From NCBI GenBank assembly GCA_964590575.1, contig CAZPWM010000094.1, positions 1-12,270 of the forward strand: a DNA stretch of 12,270 nucleotides, read 5' to 3'. Below the pieces are notes generated by a model. That model worked only from the letters and a program-made list of their open reading frames with translations. It was not told where the DNA came from and did not search any database. Positions 1 to 8,064 of the stretch are shown here, in pieces. How positions within the stretch are numbered: position 1 is the first letter of the stretch; each line of letters starts with the position of its first letter. Made by a program: the position numbers and the translations under genes. This DNA comes from an uncultured archaeon (GTDB lineage Archaea; Asgardarchaeota; Thorarchaeia; Thorarchaeales; Thorarchaeaceae).

Positions 1-1144
1 CATGGACTCTAACATCATTACCACCAATGGTGCCATGTTCAGTTTTGTAGAACAAGATTCCACACGCACTAGAGATTACCACATTTGATGATATGGTGTT
101 CAAAGATGCGTTTACAAATTCCGATTCGGTCACATGGATTCCAAAGTCTGAAGATCGATATGCTGTATTGTTTAGAACCCAGATATTTGTGGAAGTGTGC
201 ACCCTGTACCCTGTGTCAAAAAGTGCAACAGAGTTTCTTTCGAGAGTACAATCATTGCTGTTAACCACATAGAATGCTGGTTCGGCTCCAGCTGCAATGT
301 CATCCTTTGTGACAGTGTTGTTTTTCAGTATGATATTGTTAACAGTATCAAGGTAGAATGCATAGTCATAGGGATTGTGGACCCTGCTATTCTCCAAGAC
401 GCAGTTCTGACTGCTTGATTTAACATTGAACCCGGTGGTATACACATCATCAATACTGTTGTTGAGCAGAGTCAGCCCGTCACAGTTCTGGATTTGGATC
501 TCATCATGGTAGAGAACATTGTGAGAGATGTTTGTGTCTGCTGAGTCCCAGATGAGGATGTCTTGGTATGACAGATTGTTGTATTCAACGACACTTCCAG
601 TGTCTTGATCCATATAGATTCCTTGACCTGACATACCCTCAAACGTGCAGTGGTCGACATGGATGTTCTCACAATAGCGAAGATAGACTTTGTAACCACA
701 ATTAATGAATGTGACATTGGTCACCTGACAATCTCTTGAATCATCAATATAGACTGCATAGGTCTTCTGCCCAAAAATAGTGTTTCGTATCACTCCATTC
801 GTGACATTATCCAGTGTGATTCCGTCGTTGATTCCTCCTCCGATGTAACAGTCCTCTACCACAAAGTGTGTTGTTGTATCCTCGATTACTATGCAATCCA
901 CATTATTTGTGAAGTTAAATCCGCTTATCCTGTACGGGTTCCCTGGAGTCCCTGCCCCAGGCCAACCCTGGCTAACAAAATCGTCATCATCATAGATATA
1001 GATTGGCGCATGTGGGGTATAACTCAGAGTTGTTGTTTTCTTCGATGCTAATAGGTTTCAAACGAATGAAGGTGGGACGAACATCGTACAAAATGGTAGC
1101 ATCATGACTATAATAACGAACAACGCAGATGCAGCTCGCTTCAA
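1..1144 (-). CDS. Secreted/surface right-handed parallel beta-helix (NosD/CASH-like) repeat protein; 3'-partial; contains one in-frame TGA at codon 29 (possible pseudogene, readthrough or error)
   Basis: Manual translation (absent from the ORF track because it runs off the edge). TTG at 1144 lies 7 nt after GGAGG (1152-1156) and reads MKRAASALFVIIVMMLPFCTMFVPPSFV (signal-peptide-like), then TGA at 1060-1058. The same frame continues NLLASKKTTTLSYTPHAPIYIYDDDDFVSQGWPGAGTPGNPYRISG... with no further stop to the window edge. It has repeating ~22-aa units (GITLDNVTNGVIRNTIF, AFYLDTVNNIILKNNTV, GIHVTESEFVNASLNTI, GILFYKTEHGTIGGNDV) and many N-x-S/T sequons. Confidence 0.88.
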
Positions 1145-1151
1145 ATCATTC

Positions 1152-1190
1152 CCTCCTAGTATCCAACCCGTCCAATTCTAATAAATCTTC
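1152..1190 (-). promoter_or_regulatory. Putative BRE/TATA box (GAAGA-TTTATTA, TATA 1185-1179) and SD (GGAGG 1156-1152) for the beta-helix gene
   Basis: The minus strand reads ggaagaTTTATTAgaattggacgggttggatactaGGAGGgaatgatTTG. The spacing is compatible with an archaeal promoter and a short leader. Confidence 0.5.
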
Positions 1191-1197
1191 CAACTAA

Positions 1198-1225
1198 GAA
1201 GACTGCTTGAAGGAGTCTTCAAAAA
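1198..1225 (-). terminator. Putative terminator/3' stem-loop after the GTPase gene
   Basis: A T5 run (minus strand, 1225-1221) just after the TAG, followed by the inverted repeat GAAGACT (1198-1204) / AGTCTTC (1214-1220). Confidence 0.4.
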
Positions 1226-1229
1226 GAAT

Positions 1230-1862
1230 CTACTGTTTTTCTTCATTCGATGTTTTCACAGTTCTGGGTAGTCTCTTCTCATCAGCCTCAAACATGAGCC
1301 CAGTAAGCTCGGAGAAGGCTTCATCAATATTCTCCCCAGTCAGCGCAGATGTTTCTTTGTACAGTACGGGAGCATCGAGACGTTCACTAAAATACTCAGT
1401 AAATACTTGACCTTCTTCGGTCGTTACAATATCCTCGAATTCTCCAGATTCTCTAAGATCTATCTTGTTCCCAATAACAGCAGTTGGAAGACCTTCCCAC
1501 CCTGACCATTCAGCACCACGTAGATGCTTGTGTGCTTCTACTAGCCATTTTGTTGCGTTGTCAAATGAGTCTCTTTCGACAACTGAATAAACAAGTAAAA
1601 TTCCGCTACTGCCTTGATAGTAATGCCGTCGTACACTTGCGTAAGAAGGCTGACCAGCTAGGTCCCATATGATATGCCTAACATTTACACCCTCATGCGT
1701 TGTGAACTTCTGTGCAAAGTCAACGCCAATGGTTGCTAATTGGCTCCTCTTGAAACCCTTTCCAAGATAGCGTTCCCGAATACTGGTCTTGCCCACAGCC
1801 CCATCTCCAATGAGAACTAGTTTGTAAGTTCTATCACCAGGAGATCCAAACTGCGCGCTCAT
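1230..1862 (-). CDS. Rab-like Ras-superfamily small GTPase (about 210 aa)
   Basis: G1 GDGAVGKT, G2/RabF1-like TIGVDF, G3 WDLAGQ, switch II/RabF-like YASVRRHYYQGSSG, G4 NKID, G5 ETSAL. No C-terminal Cys. I placed the start at ATG 1862 (MSAQFG...) because the 30 extra codons in the ORF track are AT-rich and look intergenic. Confidence 0.95.
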   Translation of the reverse strand: MSAQFGSPGDRTYKLVLIGDGAVGKTSIRERYLGKGFKRSQLATIGVDFAQKFTTHEGVNVRHIIWDLAGQPSYASVRRHYYQGSSGILLVYSVVERDSFDNATKWLVEAHKHLRGAEWSGWEGLPTAVIGNKIDLRESGEFEDIVTTEEGQVFTEYFSERLDAPVLYKETSALTGENIDEAFSELTGLMFEADEKRLPRTVKTSNEEKQ

Positions 1863-1982
1863 GATTATTAGCTCATTAGCTATTATTCTAATGAATTGAA
1901 TATTACTGTACTGTCGTGTACATGTTTTAGTTTCAAAAGTATAATCTATCATCCCTCGTAAGTAGGTTTCTCTTACATGTTG

Positions 1983-2017
1983 TTATATAGTTCTTTGATG
2001 CCGGAAGCATAAGGAGT
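1983..2017 (+). promoter_or_regulatory. Putative TATA box (TTATATA 1983-1989) and SD (AAGGAG 2011-2016) for the WGR gene
   Basis: TTATATA lies about 34 nt upstream of ATG 2023, and AAGGAG ends 6 nt before the ATG. Confidence 0.55.
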
Positions 2018-2022
2018 ATACT

Positions 2023-2253
2023 ATGTCTACAAGAGATTCCTCTACAGGGCGATATGAAAGGAAGGATGTAGTCAGTGGGCTTCATGAATTTTGGATGGGT
2101 GAAACTAAAGGCAAAGCAGTGATGATTCATTTTGGGAAGGTGGGCACGCCCGGCCATACAGGTTCTCGTGAGTTTAAAAATCCAGATGCAGCTAAAGAGT
2201 TCCTATTAGATCGTCTTCAAAAGAAAATAGAGGAAGGTTATCAACAGGTCTAG
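2023..2253 (+). CDS. Stand-alone WGR-domain protein (76 aa)
   Basis: The pattern HEFW...AVMIHFGKVGTPG...REFKNPDAAKE...KKIEEGY matches the WGR consensus (KFW...V..WGRIGT.G...K.F....A......K...GY), with FGK in place of WGR. It has its own SD and TATA-like box. Confidence 0.85.
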   Translation: MSTRDSSTGRYERKDVVSGLHEFWMGETKGKAVMIHFGKVGTPGHTGSREFKNPDAAKEFLLDRLQKKIEEGYQQV

Positions 2254-3884
2254 CATCTACCTCTTTTCAATACTCTCCCTGGCAATAGATTCAGTTGTTC
2301 GTCATTCGCTACAACAATCTCACCATTAACAATCGCATGACAAATTCCGGTCGGGAATCGGTGTGGATCAAGAAATGTTGAATTATCGATGATTGTATCT
2401 GGATCGAAGATTACAATATCCGCCCAATTACCTTCCTGCAGAGTTCCTCTATCTACTAGGTTGAGTCGTTTCGCAGGAAATCCAGTCATCTTGTAAATTG
2501 CCTGTTCAAGACTCATGAGACCTTTCTCCCTGACATATCTTCCTAGTATTCTGGGATACGTACCATAATGTCTTGGGTGTGGTTTTCCAAAACTTAGAAT
2601 TCCAGTGGGTGAAACACCTGCACCATCTGTTCCAATCATCGTAAACTCGGATTTCATGATGCGCTCAATATCTTCCTGACCCATGCTCTCCATTGTCATC
2701 ATTACTTCTGCATGTTCATCAAGTAGCATTTCAAAGAGTACTGAGAATTCATCCGAGTAATTACGAATACGCGCTATCTCCGAGATACTGAGACCCTCGA
2801 TGTCCTTCCATTTCTCAGTCTTTACTGATGAGATGAAGATCTTTTCCCACCCTGCTTCCTCAACTATATTCTCCCAATTCGTTTCTTCCTCGATTTCACT
2901 CCTGATTCTTTTCTGAGTTTCAGCATTATTGATCCGCAAAAGTAACTCATCAATACCACCCTCATGCACCCAAGGAGGTAGGAGTGAGATTAAGGAGGTG
3001 CTCCCTCGGTTGTAGGGATATTGATCGCACGTAACACTGATTCCTCTAGTGTTAGCTGAAGCAATGAGTTTGAGTGTTTCTTTACTCATTCCCCAGAATC
3101 GCTTTCCTGCAATCTTATGATGGGCAATCTGTCCGCCAACACATCTCGCACCTTTAACAATATCAATCACCTCTTGAACTGCCTTCCCAACAGTAGCGCC
3201 TTCACCCCTGATGTGTGAGAAGTAGAGCCCTCCATGTTCGCCAACAACCTTAGCGACCTCAATGATCTCCTGTGTGGAGGCATAGACTTGTGGAGGATAA
3301 ATGAGACCTGTACTCATGCCAAATGCTCCGGACTCCATTGCCTCTGAGGTATACCTTCGCATTTCAGCGATTTCTTCAGCTGTAGGAATTCTATCCTCAT
3401 ATGCTGGACCTCCAGCAATCCGAATGGCCCCATAGCCCACCAACGGGATGATGTTTGAAGAAATCTTCAAATCTTCAATTCTTTGAAGATATTCACCGAA
3501 GGTTCTCCAAGAAATATCAATAGATGCGCCAGGGGGAGTAAAAATGTCAAACTCTTTTTGTAGTAACTCTATTCGTTCCTCATTCACGGGAGCAAGTGAG
3601 AAACCACAACTACCTATCACAGAGGTGGTAATCCCCTGTCGGAGAGTAGATTCAAGGCGATTATCAAACGGAAGGACTGTATCAGAATGACTATGCATGT
3701 CAATGAATCCGGGACAAACTACAAGTCCACTGGCATCAATTATCGTTTCTGCCCCACAATCGAGTTTTAATCCGATTTCCGTTATTTTTCCATCAGTTAA
3801 AGCAATGTTGCCGGAACGTGGTTTTGCTCCAGTTCCATCTATCAACAATCCATCCTGAATGAGAATGTCAAACTCCTCTGTCAT
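2250..3884 (-). CDS. N-acyl-D-amino-acid deacylase (D-aminoacylase)-family amidohydrolase
   Basis: PGFIDMHSHSD metal motif, GSCGFSLAP (Cys ligand), FGMSTGLIYPP, SHIRGE, HHK, TDG, PHPRHYGTYPRILGRYVRE, ADIVIFD; 544 aa. Confidence 0.93.
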   Translation of the reverse strand: MTEEFDILIQDGLLIDGTGAKPRSGNIALTDGKITEIGLKLDCGAETIIDASGLVVCPGFIDMHSHSDTVLPFDNRLESTLRQGITTSVIGSCGFSLAPVNEERIELLQKEFDIFTPPGASIDISWRTFGEYLQRIEDLKISSNIIPLVGYGAIRIAGGPAYEDRIPTAEEIAEMRRYTSEAMESGAFGMSTGLIYPPQVYASTQEIIEVAKVVGEHGGLYFSHIRGEGATVGKAVQEVIDIVKGARCVGGQIAHHKIAGKRFWGMSKETLKLIASANTRGISVTCDQYPYNRGSTSLISLLPPWVHEGGIDELLLRINNAETQKRIRSEIEEETNWENIVEEAGWEKIFISSVKTEKWKDIEGLSISEIARIRNYSDEFSVLFEMLLDEHAEVMMTMESMGQEDIERIMKSEFTMIGTDGAGVSPTGILSFGKPHPRHYGTYPRILGRYVREKGLMSLEQAIYKMTGFPAKRLNLVDRGTLQEGNWADIVIFDPDTIIDNSTFLDPHRFPTGICHAIVNGEIVVANDEQLNLLPGRVLKRGRC

Positions 3885-4013
3885 CTTTCTAATACTCCTA
3901 GTAGGGTTCTCAAACGATATCAGGATAGTGGATGTCCTTCCTGTTTTCTTTCCTCGTTGTTAGAATATATCTCCAGCCTATGGGTCTCCATTACTCGTTA
4001 AAGTTTCGAAGTG

Positions 4014-4964
4014 TTATCCCTTCTGCTCCTTTTCATATGGCACAGCAATACCTTTTGGAGGTATTGATCTTCTGATTCCTGCAAGAGCGATGATTACAAG
4101 CGCATATGGAATTATTTTGACCAAATTGGTTAGCTGAATCAGGCCAGGAGCCAAAATTGGAATCACAAACTGTAGTCCCGTGACGAAACCAAAGAAGATT
4201 CCTGCAAGGAAACAACCGATGGGTGTCCAGTTCCCGAAAATGAGTGCTGCGAGAGCAATGAATCCCTTTCCTGCAGTCATACCCTTACCAAAAGCATTCT
4301 CGAAACCAATGCTTAGATATGCACCACCTAGACCTGCGAGACATCCACTAATGACAACACCAATCACTCGCGTCCATTCCACGCTTACACCTGCAGCATC
4401 TAGTGTGCTTGGATCCTCGCCTGCTGCTCTTATTCGAAGACCAAAAGGTGTACGATAAAGTACGTACCAACTCAAAGCGGTTATGATGAACATATAGTAG
4501 ATTAAAGGAGAAAGAGAGCCAAAGGCAATACCAAGCATTGGAACATCCTGCAACTGTGGAATTAGGACCTCAGGAATCCGTTCAACTGAATCAGAGAGAC
4601 CCTGCTTTCCCCACACAACTTGGAGCCCTAATGTCGTTATTCCCAGCCCAAACAAGATAATGCCAGTTCCGCTCACTATGTGGTTGCCTTTGAACTTGAC
4701 ACAAACTAGAGCATGCACTCCAGCTAAGGCTCCACCAGCAATAACTGCGATTAATAAACCAAGCCAAGGACTACCTGTGTAATATGTCCCAGCAACAGCT
4801 GAGAAAGCCCCGACCAGCATCATTCCTTCCAAACCGATATTCACGACTCCTGTACGTTCTGAAAACATACCTCCAAGGGCTGTCAGAACCAAAGGTGTTG
4901 CCATTTGTAATGTTGCCTTCATTAGCCAGCCAGCTAACTCGAGCATTGGGTCTCCAGTTTGCAT
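4014..4964 (-). CDS. nupC: Nucleoside ABC transporter permease (NupC/YufQ-type)
   Basis: ATPLVLTALGGMFSERTGVVNIGLEGMML, TPFGLRIRAAGEDP, GKGFIALAALIFGNW. A perfect SD GGAGGTGA lies at 4978-4971. The ATG at 4964 overlaps the upstream TGA (TGATG); TTG at 4967 is an alternative start. Confidence 0.93.
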   Translation of the reverse strand: MQTGDPMLELAGWLMKATLQMATPLVLTALGGMFSERTGVVNIGLEGMMLVGAFSAVAGTYYTGSPWLGLLIAVIAGGALAGVHALVCVKFKGNHIVSGTGIILFGLGITTLGLQVVWGKQGLSDSVERIPEVLIPQLQDVPMLGIAFGSLSPLIYYMFIITALSWYVLYRTPFGLRIRAAGEDPSTLDAAGVSVEWTRVIGVVISGCLAGLGGAYLSIGFENAFGKGMTAGKGFIALAALIFGNWTPIGCFLAGIFFGFVTGLQFVIPILAPGLIQLTNLVKIIPYALVIIALAGIRRSIPPKGIAVPYEKEQKG

Positions 4965-6475
4965 CAATTATCACCTCCGAAATCAACAGGAGTTTCCGGA
5001 AAGACTCTCGTTACAAGAATTACCAACATGAGAATCACAACACCAAAGACAAGACTCTGCCCCAGTATCGCCATACTTCCTGCAACATACCCAATAGCTG
5101 CGATGAGGAGCCATTCAGTAGCTACAAAAACCAACATGATTAATCCCCGTGGTTTTCTCATGAGTAGCTCAATAAATGCAAACATACTAATTAGACTCGT
5201 TAGCAATAACAATAGAGTCACAGTACCACCTGTTCCAGATACTCCAGCTTCGATCATTGTTGCATAGGATCCAAACAGAGTTAGACAAATAATTGTGGAA
5301 GTACCTGCCATCCCGCTAGTAAATAGGTGTACAAACGCAGGGACTCGATCTGTTTTCAACCAGGTGGCATAATCATTTCCTCTTTTTGACAACCAATCTA
5401 TTGCTCTAGGTGCTGCCACAAATAAAACAATTAGACCCTGAATGACTCTCACCATCTCTAGGGGCACGCCAGCTATTCGCTGCATTTGAGTTCCACCAGT
5501 TCTCAATGCACCAAAAAAGATAGCTCCCGCCAGAACACCCCATGGATTGTTATTCCCAAGAACAGCTACAGTGATTCCATCCCAACCAAGTCCTACCGAC
5601 CAGTTGTCTTGGAATAAATGATGATATCCAAGAATCTCGCCAGCTCCTCCTAATCCTGCTAACGCTCCTGCAATGCCAAGTGCTATTGCAATATTCTTCT
5701 TTGGATTAATTCCTGCGGTTTCAGCGGCATTTGGATTTTGTCCAACAGCCCTCATCTCGTACCCCAAGACTGTTCTATTGATTAAGAAATCTATCCCTAT
5801 AACAGCCAGTATCGCAATAATCAAGCTAAAATTGAGAAACGGACTAAACATCTTCGGGAGTTCTGCTGTTACCAGTATTTCTGGAGTTCGATCTAGGGTT
5901 TGGGTTGTGTCTTTTAATGGATAGGTTACCAACCATGCTGTAAACAGTATAGCTGAATATGACATCATCATAGTCGTAACAACTTCATGAGTGCCTCTAT
6001 AAGCTTTCAAAATACCTGGTAGCAAACCGTAAAGAAATCCAAGAAACGTGCCAAATAGCAGGGCTGTAAACTGATGTATCACAATTGGAAGTGAAATTAC
6101 GTACCCAATGATAGCTGCGCCGATAGCGCCCATATAGAGCTGCCCTTCTGTGCCAATGTTGAAGAGACCACATTTAAAGGCCAACGCTACTGAGAGGCCT
6201 GTAAAGATTAGAGGTGTGGCATTAAAGAGGACCCTATCGAATTGAGTGATTGCACCATATAAGAGTGTTAGAAAAGCCAATCCTACATTATATCCAACCA
6301 TCACCATTATGACTGCTGCGACTACAAGTGCTAACGCGATGGAGCCAGTTGTCCATAATGCAGTCTTATGAAATGAGGGACTACTAAAGAAGCTTATAAT
6401 GGCGTTATAGATATCTCTAAGGCTAAATCTGGGAGTGCCTTCATCATACTGCTCATTTTGCGCCTGCTCGCTCAA
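4964..6475 (-). CDS. nupB: Nucleoside ABC transporter permease (NupB/YufP-type) with a ~140-aa hydrophobic C-terminal extension
   Basis: ATPLIFTGLSVALAFKCGLFNIGTEGQ, HEVVTTMM, GYEMRAVGQNPNAAETAGI, GWDGITVAVLGNNNP. The TTG start overlaps the ATPase TGA (TTGA) and lies 7 nt after GGAGG (6487-6483). Confidence 0.92.
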   Translation of the reverse strand: MSEQAQNEQYDEGTPRFSLRDIYNAIISFFSSPSFHKTALWTTGSIALALVVAAVIMVMVGYNVGLAFLTLLYGAITQFDRVLFNATPLIFTGLSVALAFKCGLFNIGTEGQLYMGAIGAAIIGYVISLPIVIHQFTALLFGTFLGFLYGLLPGILKAYRGTHEVVTTMMMSYSAILFTAWLVTYPLKDTTQTLDRTPEILVTAELPKMFSPFLNFSLIIAILAVIGIDFLINRTVLGYEMRAVGQNPNAAETAGINPKKNIAIALGIAGALAGLGGAGEILGYHHLFQDNWSVGLGWDGITVAVLGNNNPWGVLAGAIFFGALRTGGTQMQRIAGVPLEMVRVIQGLIVLFVAAPRAIDWLSKRGNDYATWLKTDRVPAFVHLFTSGMAGTSTIICLTLFGSYATMIEAGVSGTGGTVTLLLLLTSLISMFAFIELLMRKPRGLIMLVFVATEWLLIAAIGYVAGSMAILGQSLVFGVVILMLVILVTRVFPETPVDFGGDN

Positions 6476-8064
6476 ACTATTGCCTCCTCTTCTGATTGAT
6501 TTGGTTTGTGTCCAGCCATTAACAAACCAAGCTCCTCAGCAGTTGTTTCGCCTGGTTGTTTCAGTGCAACAATTTGACCATCAAATATGACTGCGATACG
6601 GTCAGCCATGTTCATGACCTCGTCTAATTCCGCTGAAACGAGTAGGATTGCTGCGCCATCGTCTCTCATGGAAATGAGGACATTGTGAATAAATTCCGTT
6701 GCCCCAACGTCCAGTCCTCGGGTTGGTTGAGCTGCCAATATCAGTTTTGGATTTGTGGAGAGTTCACGTGCAACTATGACCTTCTGTTGGTTTCCACCGG
6801 AGAGTGTATTCGCCAAGCTATGTATGTCGGATACTTTGATTGAGTAGGTATCAACAAGTTCTGTTGCTAGACTGTCTGCCCTAGAGAGGTCTAGTATCTG
6901 TTGAGCAGGACCTGTAGCAAACGGAGGTTTATAGTGTCTGCCCAAAGTGCTGTTTTCTACGATTGAAAAACCCAGGACAAGTCCTCTTAATTGACGATCT
7001 TCAGGGATATGGCTGACACCGGATTCTTTAACATAACGGGGACTTAGTCCGGTTATGTTTCTCCCACTTACCTGTATTCTTCCACCCTTTGGTTTGAGCA
7101 AACCCGCAATTGCTTCAACGAGTTCAGTTTGACCATTGCCTTCTACTCCAGCAATACCTAGAATCTCTCCAGCTCTAACCTCTAAATTGATACCCTTGAC
7201 TGCCATGATACCTCTCTTGTCCTGAACTGCGAGGTTGCTTACAGAAAGGACAACATCTCCAGGCGAAGCGGGAGTCTTTTCAACAGTGAACACAACTGGT
7301 CTTCCGACCATCATTCTAGCGAGCGCTTGAGGCGAGGTATCTTCCTTGTTGACTGTACCAATCAACTCTCCGTCTCTTAACACACTTATCCTATCAGCCA
7401 ATGCCATGGGTTCTCTCAACTTGTGAGTTATCAGAATAATAGTACGACCACTCTCTTTGAACCGTTGTAAGGTCACAAAGAGGTCATCGACTTCTTGGGG
7501 GGTCAGAACCGATGTTGGCTCATCCAAAATTAGAATGTCTGCATTTCTGTAGAGGGTCTTGATAATCTCGACTCTTTGTTGAAGTCCAACAGAAATGTCC
7601 TGTACTTTGGCATTTGGGTTTATTGCAAGGCCATTCTCTTCAGCGATTTTTCTAATTCTGTAAGCTGCACCTTTGAAATCAATTGGCAGAAGAGATGACA
7701 AATGTTTTGCTCCCATGAGTTTCTCGGCCCTTGCCCTCCTGAGTACAGGTTCAAGACCGAGAATGACATTCTCAGTCACTGTTAGTGGTGGAATGAGCTT
7801 GAAATGTTGGTGTACCATTCCAACACCCCTTATGATGGCATCCTGAGGGGAGCGAAGCTCCACCTCCTCTCCCTTGATTAGAATTCTCCCCGTGTCCTTA
7901 GTGAGGAAGCCATATAGAATGTTCATTAACGTGGATTTTCCAGCACCGTTCTCGCCTAATAGTCCGTGCACTTCACCCTCCTGAATCCTCAGGGTGATAT
8001 TTTTGTTTGCTTGAACTCCTCCGGAAAAAGTCTTTGAGATGTTCTCAAGCTCTACCGCGTAGAT
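6472..8064 (-). CDS. nupA: Nucleoside ABC transporter ATP-binding protein (NupA/YufO-type, tandem ABC domains); start inferred at a non-canonical ATC
   Basis: Walker A GENGAGKST, GMVHQHF, ISVGLQQRVEI, LILDEPT, second half GVEGNGQ, LSGGNQQK, AQPTRGLD. The frame extends upstream of the track's GTG 7971 as IYAVELENISKTFSGGVQANKNITLRIQEGEV up to TAA at 8079-8077. Product confidence is high; the exact start is inferred. Confidence 0.93.
   Translation of the reverse strand: MYAVELENISKTFSGGVQANKNITLRIQEGEVHGLLGENGAGKSTLMNILYGFLTKDTGRILIKGEEVELRSPQDAIIRGVGMVHQHFKLIPPLTVTENVILGLEPVLRRARAEKLMGAKHLSSLLPIDFKGAAYRIRKIAEENGLAINPNAKVQDISVGLQQRVEIIKTLYRNADILILDEPTSVLTPQEVDDLFVTLQRFKESGRTIILITHKLREPMALADRISVLRDGELIGTVNKEDTSPQALARMMVGRPVVFTVEKTPASPGDVVLSVSNLAVQDKRGIMAVKGINLEVRAGEILGIAGVEGNGQTELVEAIAGLLKPKGGRIQVSGRNITGLSPRYVKESGVSHIPEDRQLRGLVLGFSIVENSTLGRHYKPPFATGPAQQILDLSRADSLATELVDTYSIKVSDIHSLANTLSGGNQQKVIVARELSTNPKLILAAQPTRGLDVGATEFIHNVLISMRDDGAAILLVSAELDEVMNMADRIAVIFDGQIVALKQPGETTAEELGLLMAGHKPNQSEEEAIV

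Noticed and set aside
40-70. Apparent frameshift near the left end of the beta-helix gene
   Set aside because: On careful re-reading the frame is continuous (...SSACGILFYKTEHG...).
197-1051. Short ORFs 197-418 (+), 472-717 (-) and 866-1051 (+)
   Set aside because: They are shadow or alternate frames of the beta-helix gene and have no recognisable motifs.
1058-1060. Genome-wide TGA reassignment (genetic code 4 or 25) as the explanation for the in-frame TGA
   Set aside because: TGA acts as the normal stop at 4966-4964, 6474-6472 and 8189-8187, two of them in translational-coupling overlaps. No other gene in the window has an internal TGA.
1863-1952. 30-aa N-terminal extension of the GTPase in the ORF track
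   Set aside because: The sequence is AT-rich, resembles no GTPase region and occupies the likely promoter space. ATG 1862 gives a typical length.
3920-3991. 23-codon minus-strand ORF (METHRLEIYSNNEERKQEGHPLS) between the permease and the amidohydrolase, as a possible leader peptide
   Set aside because: It has no convincing SD or diagnostic codon bias, and it starts too close to the TATA-like element to be on that transcript. This length is expected by chance.
7969-7971. GTG start for the ATPase given by the ORF track
   Set aside because: It would remove about 31 conserved N-terminal residues of the ABC domain. The strong SD lies at 8079-8071.
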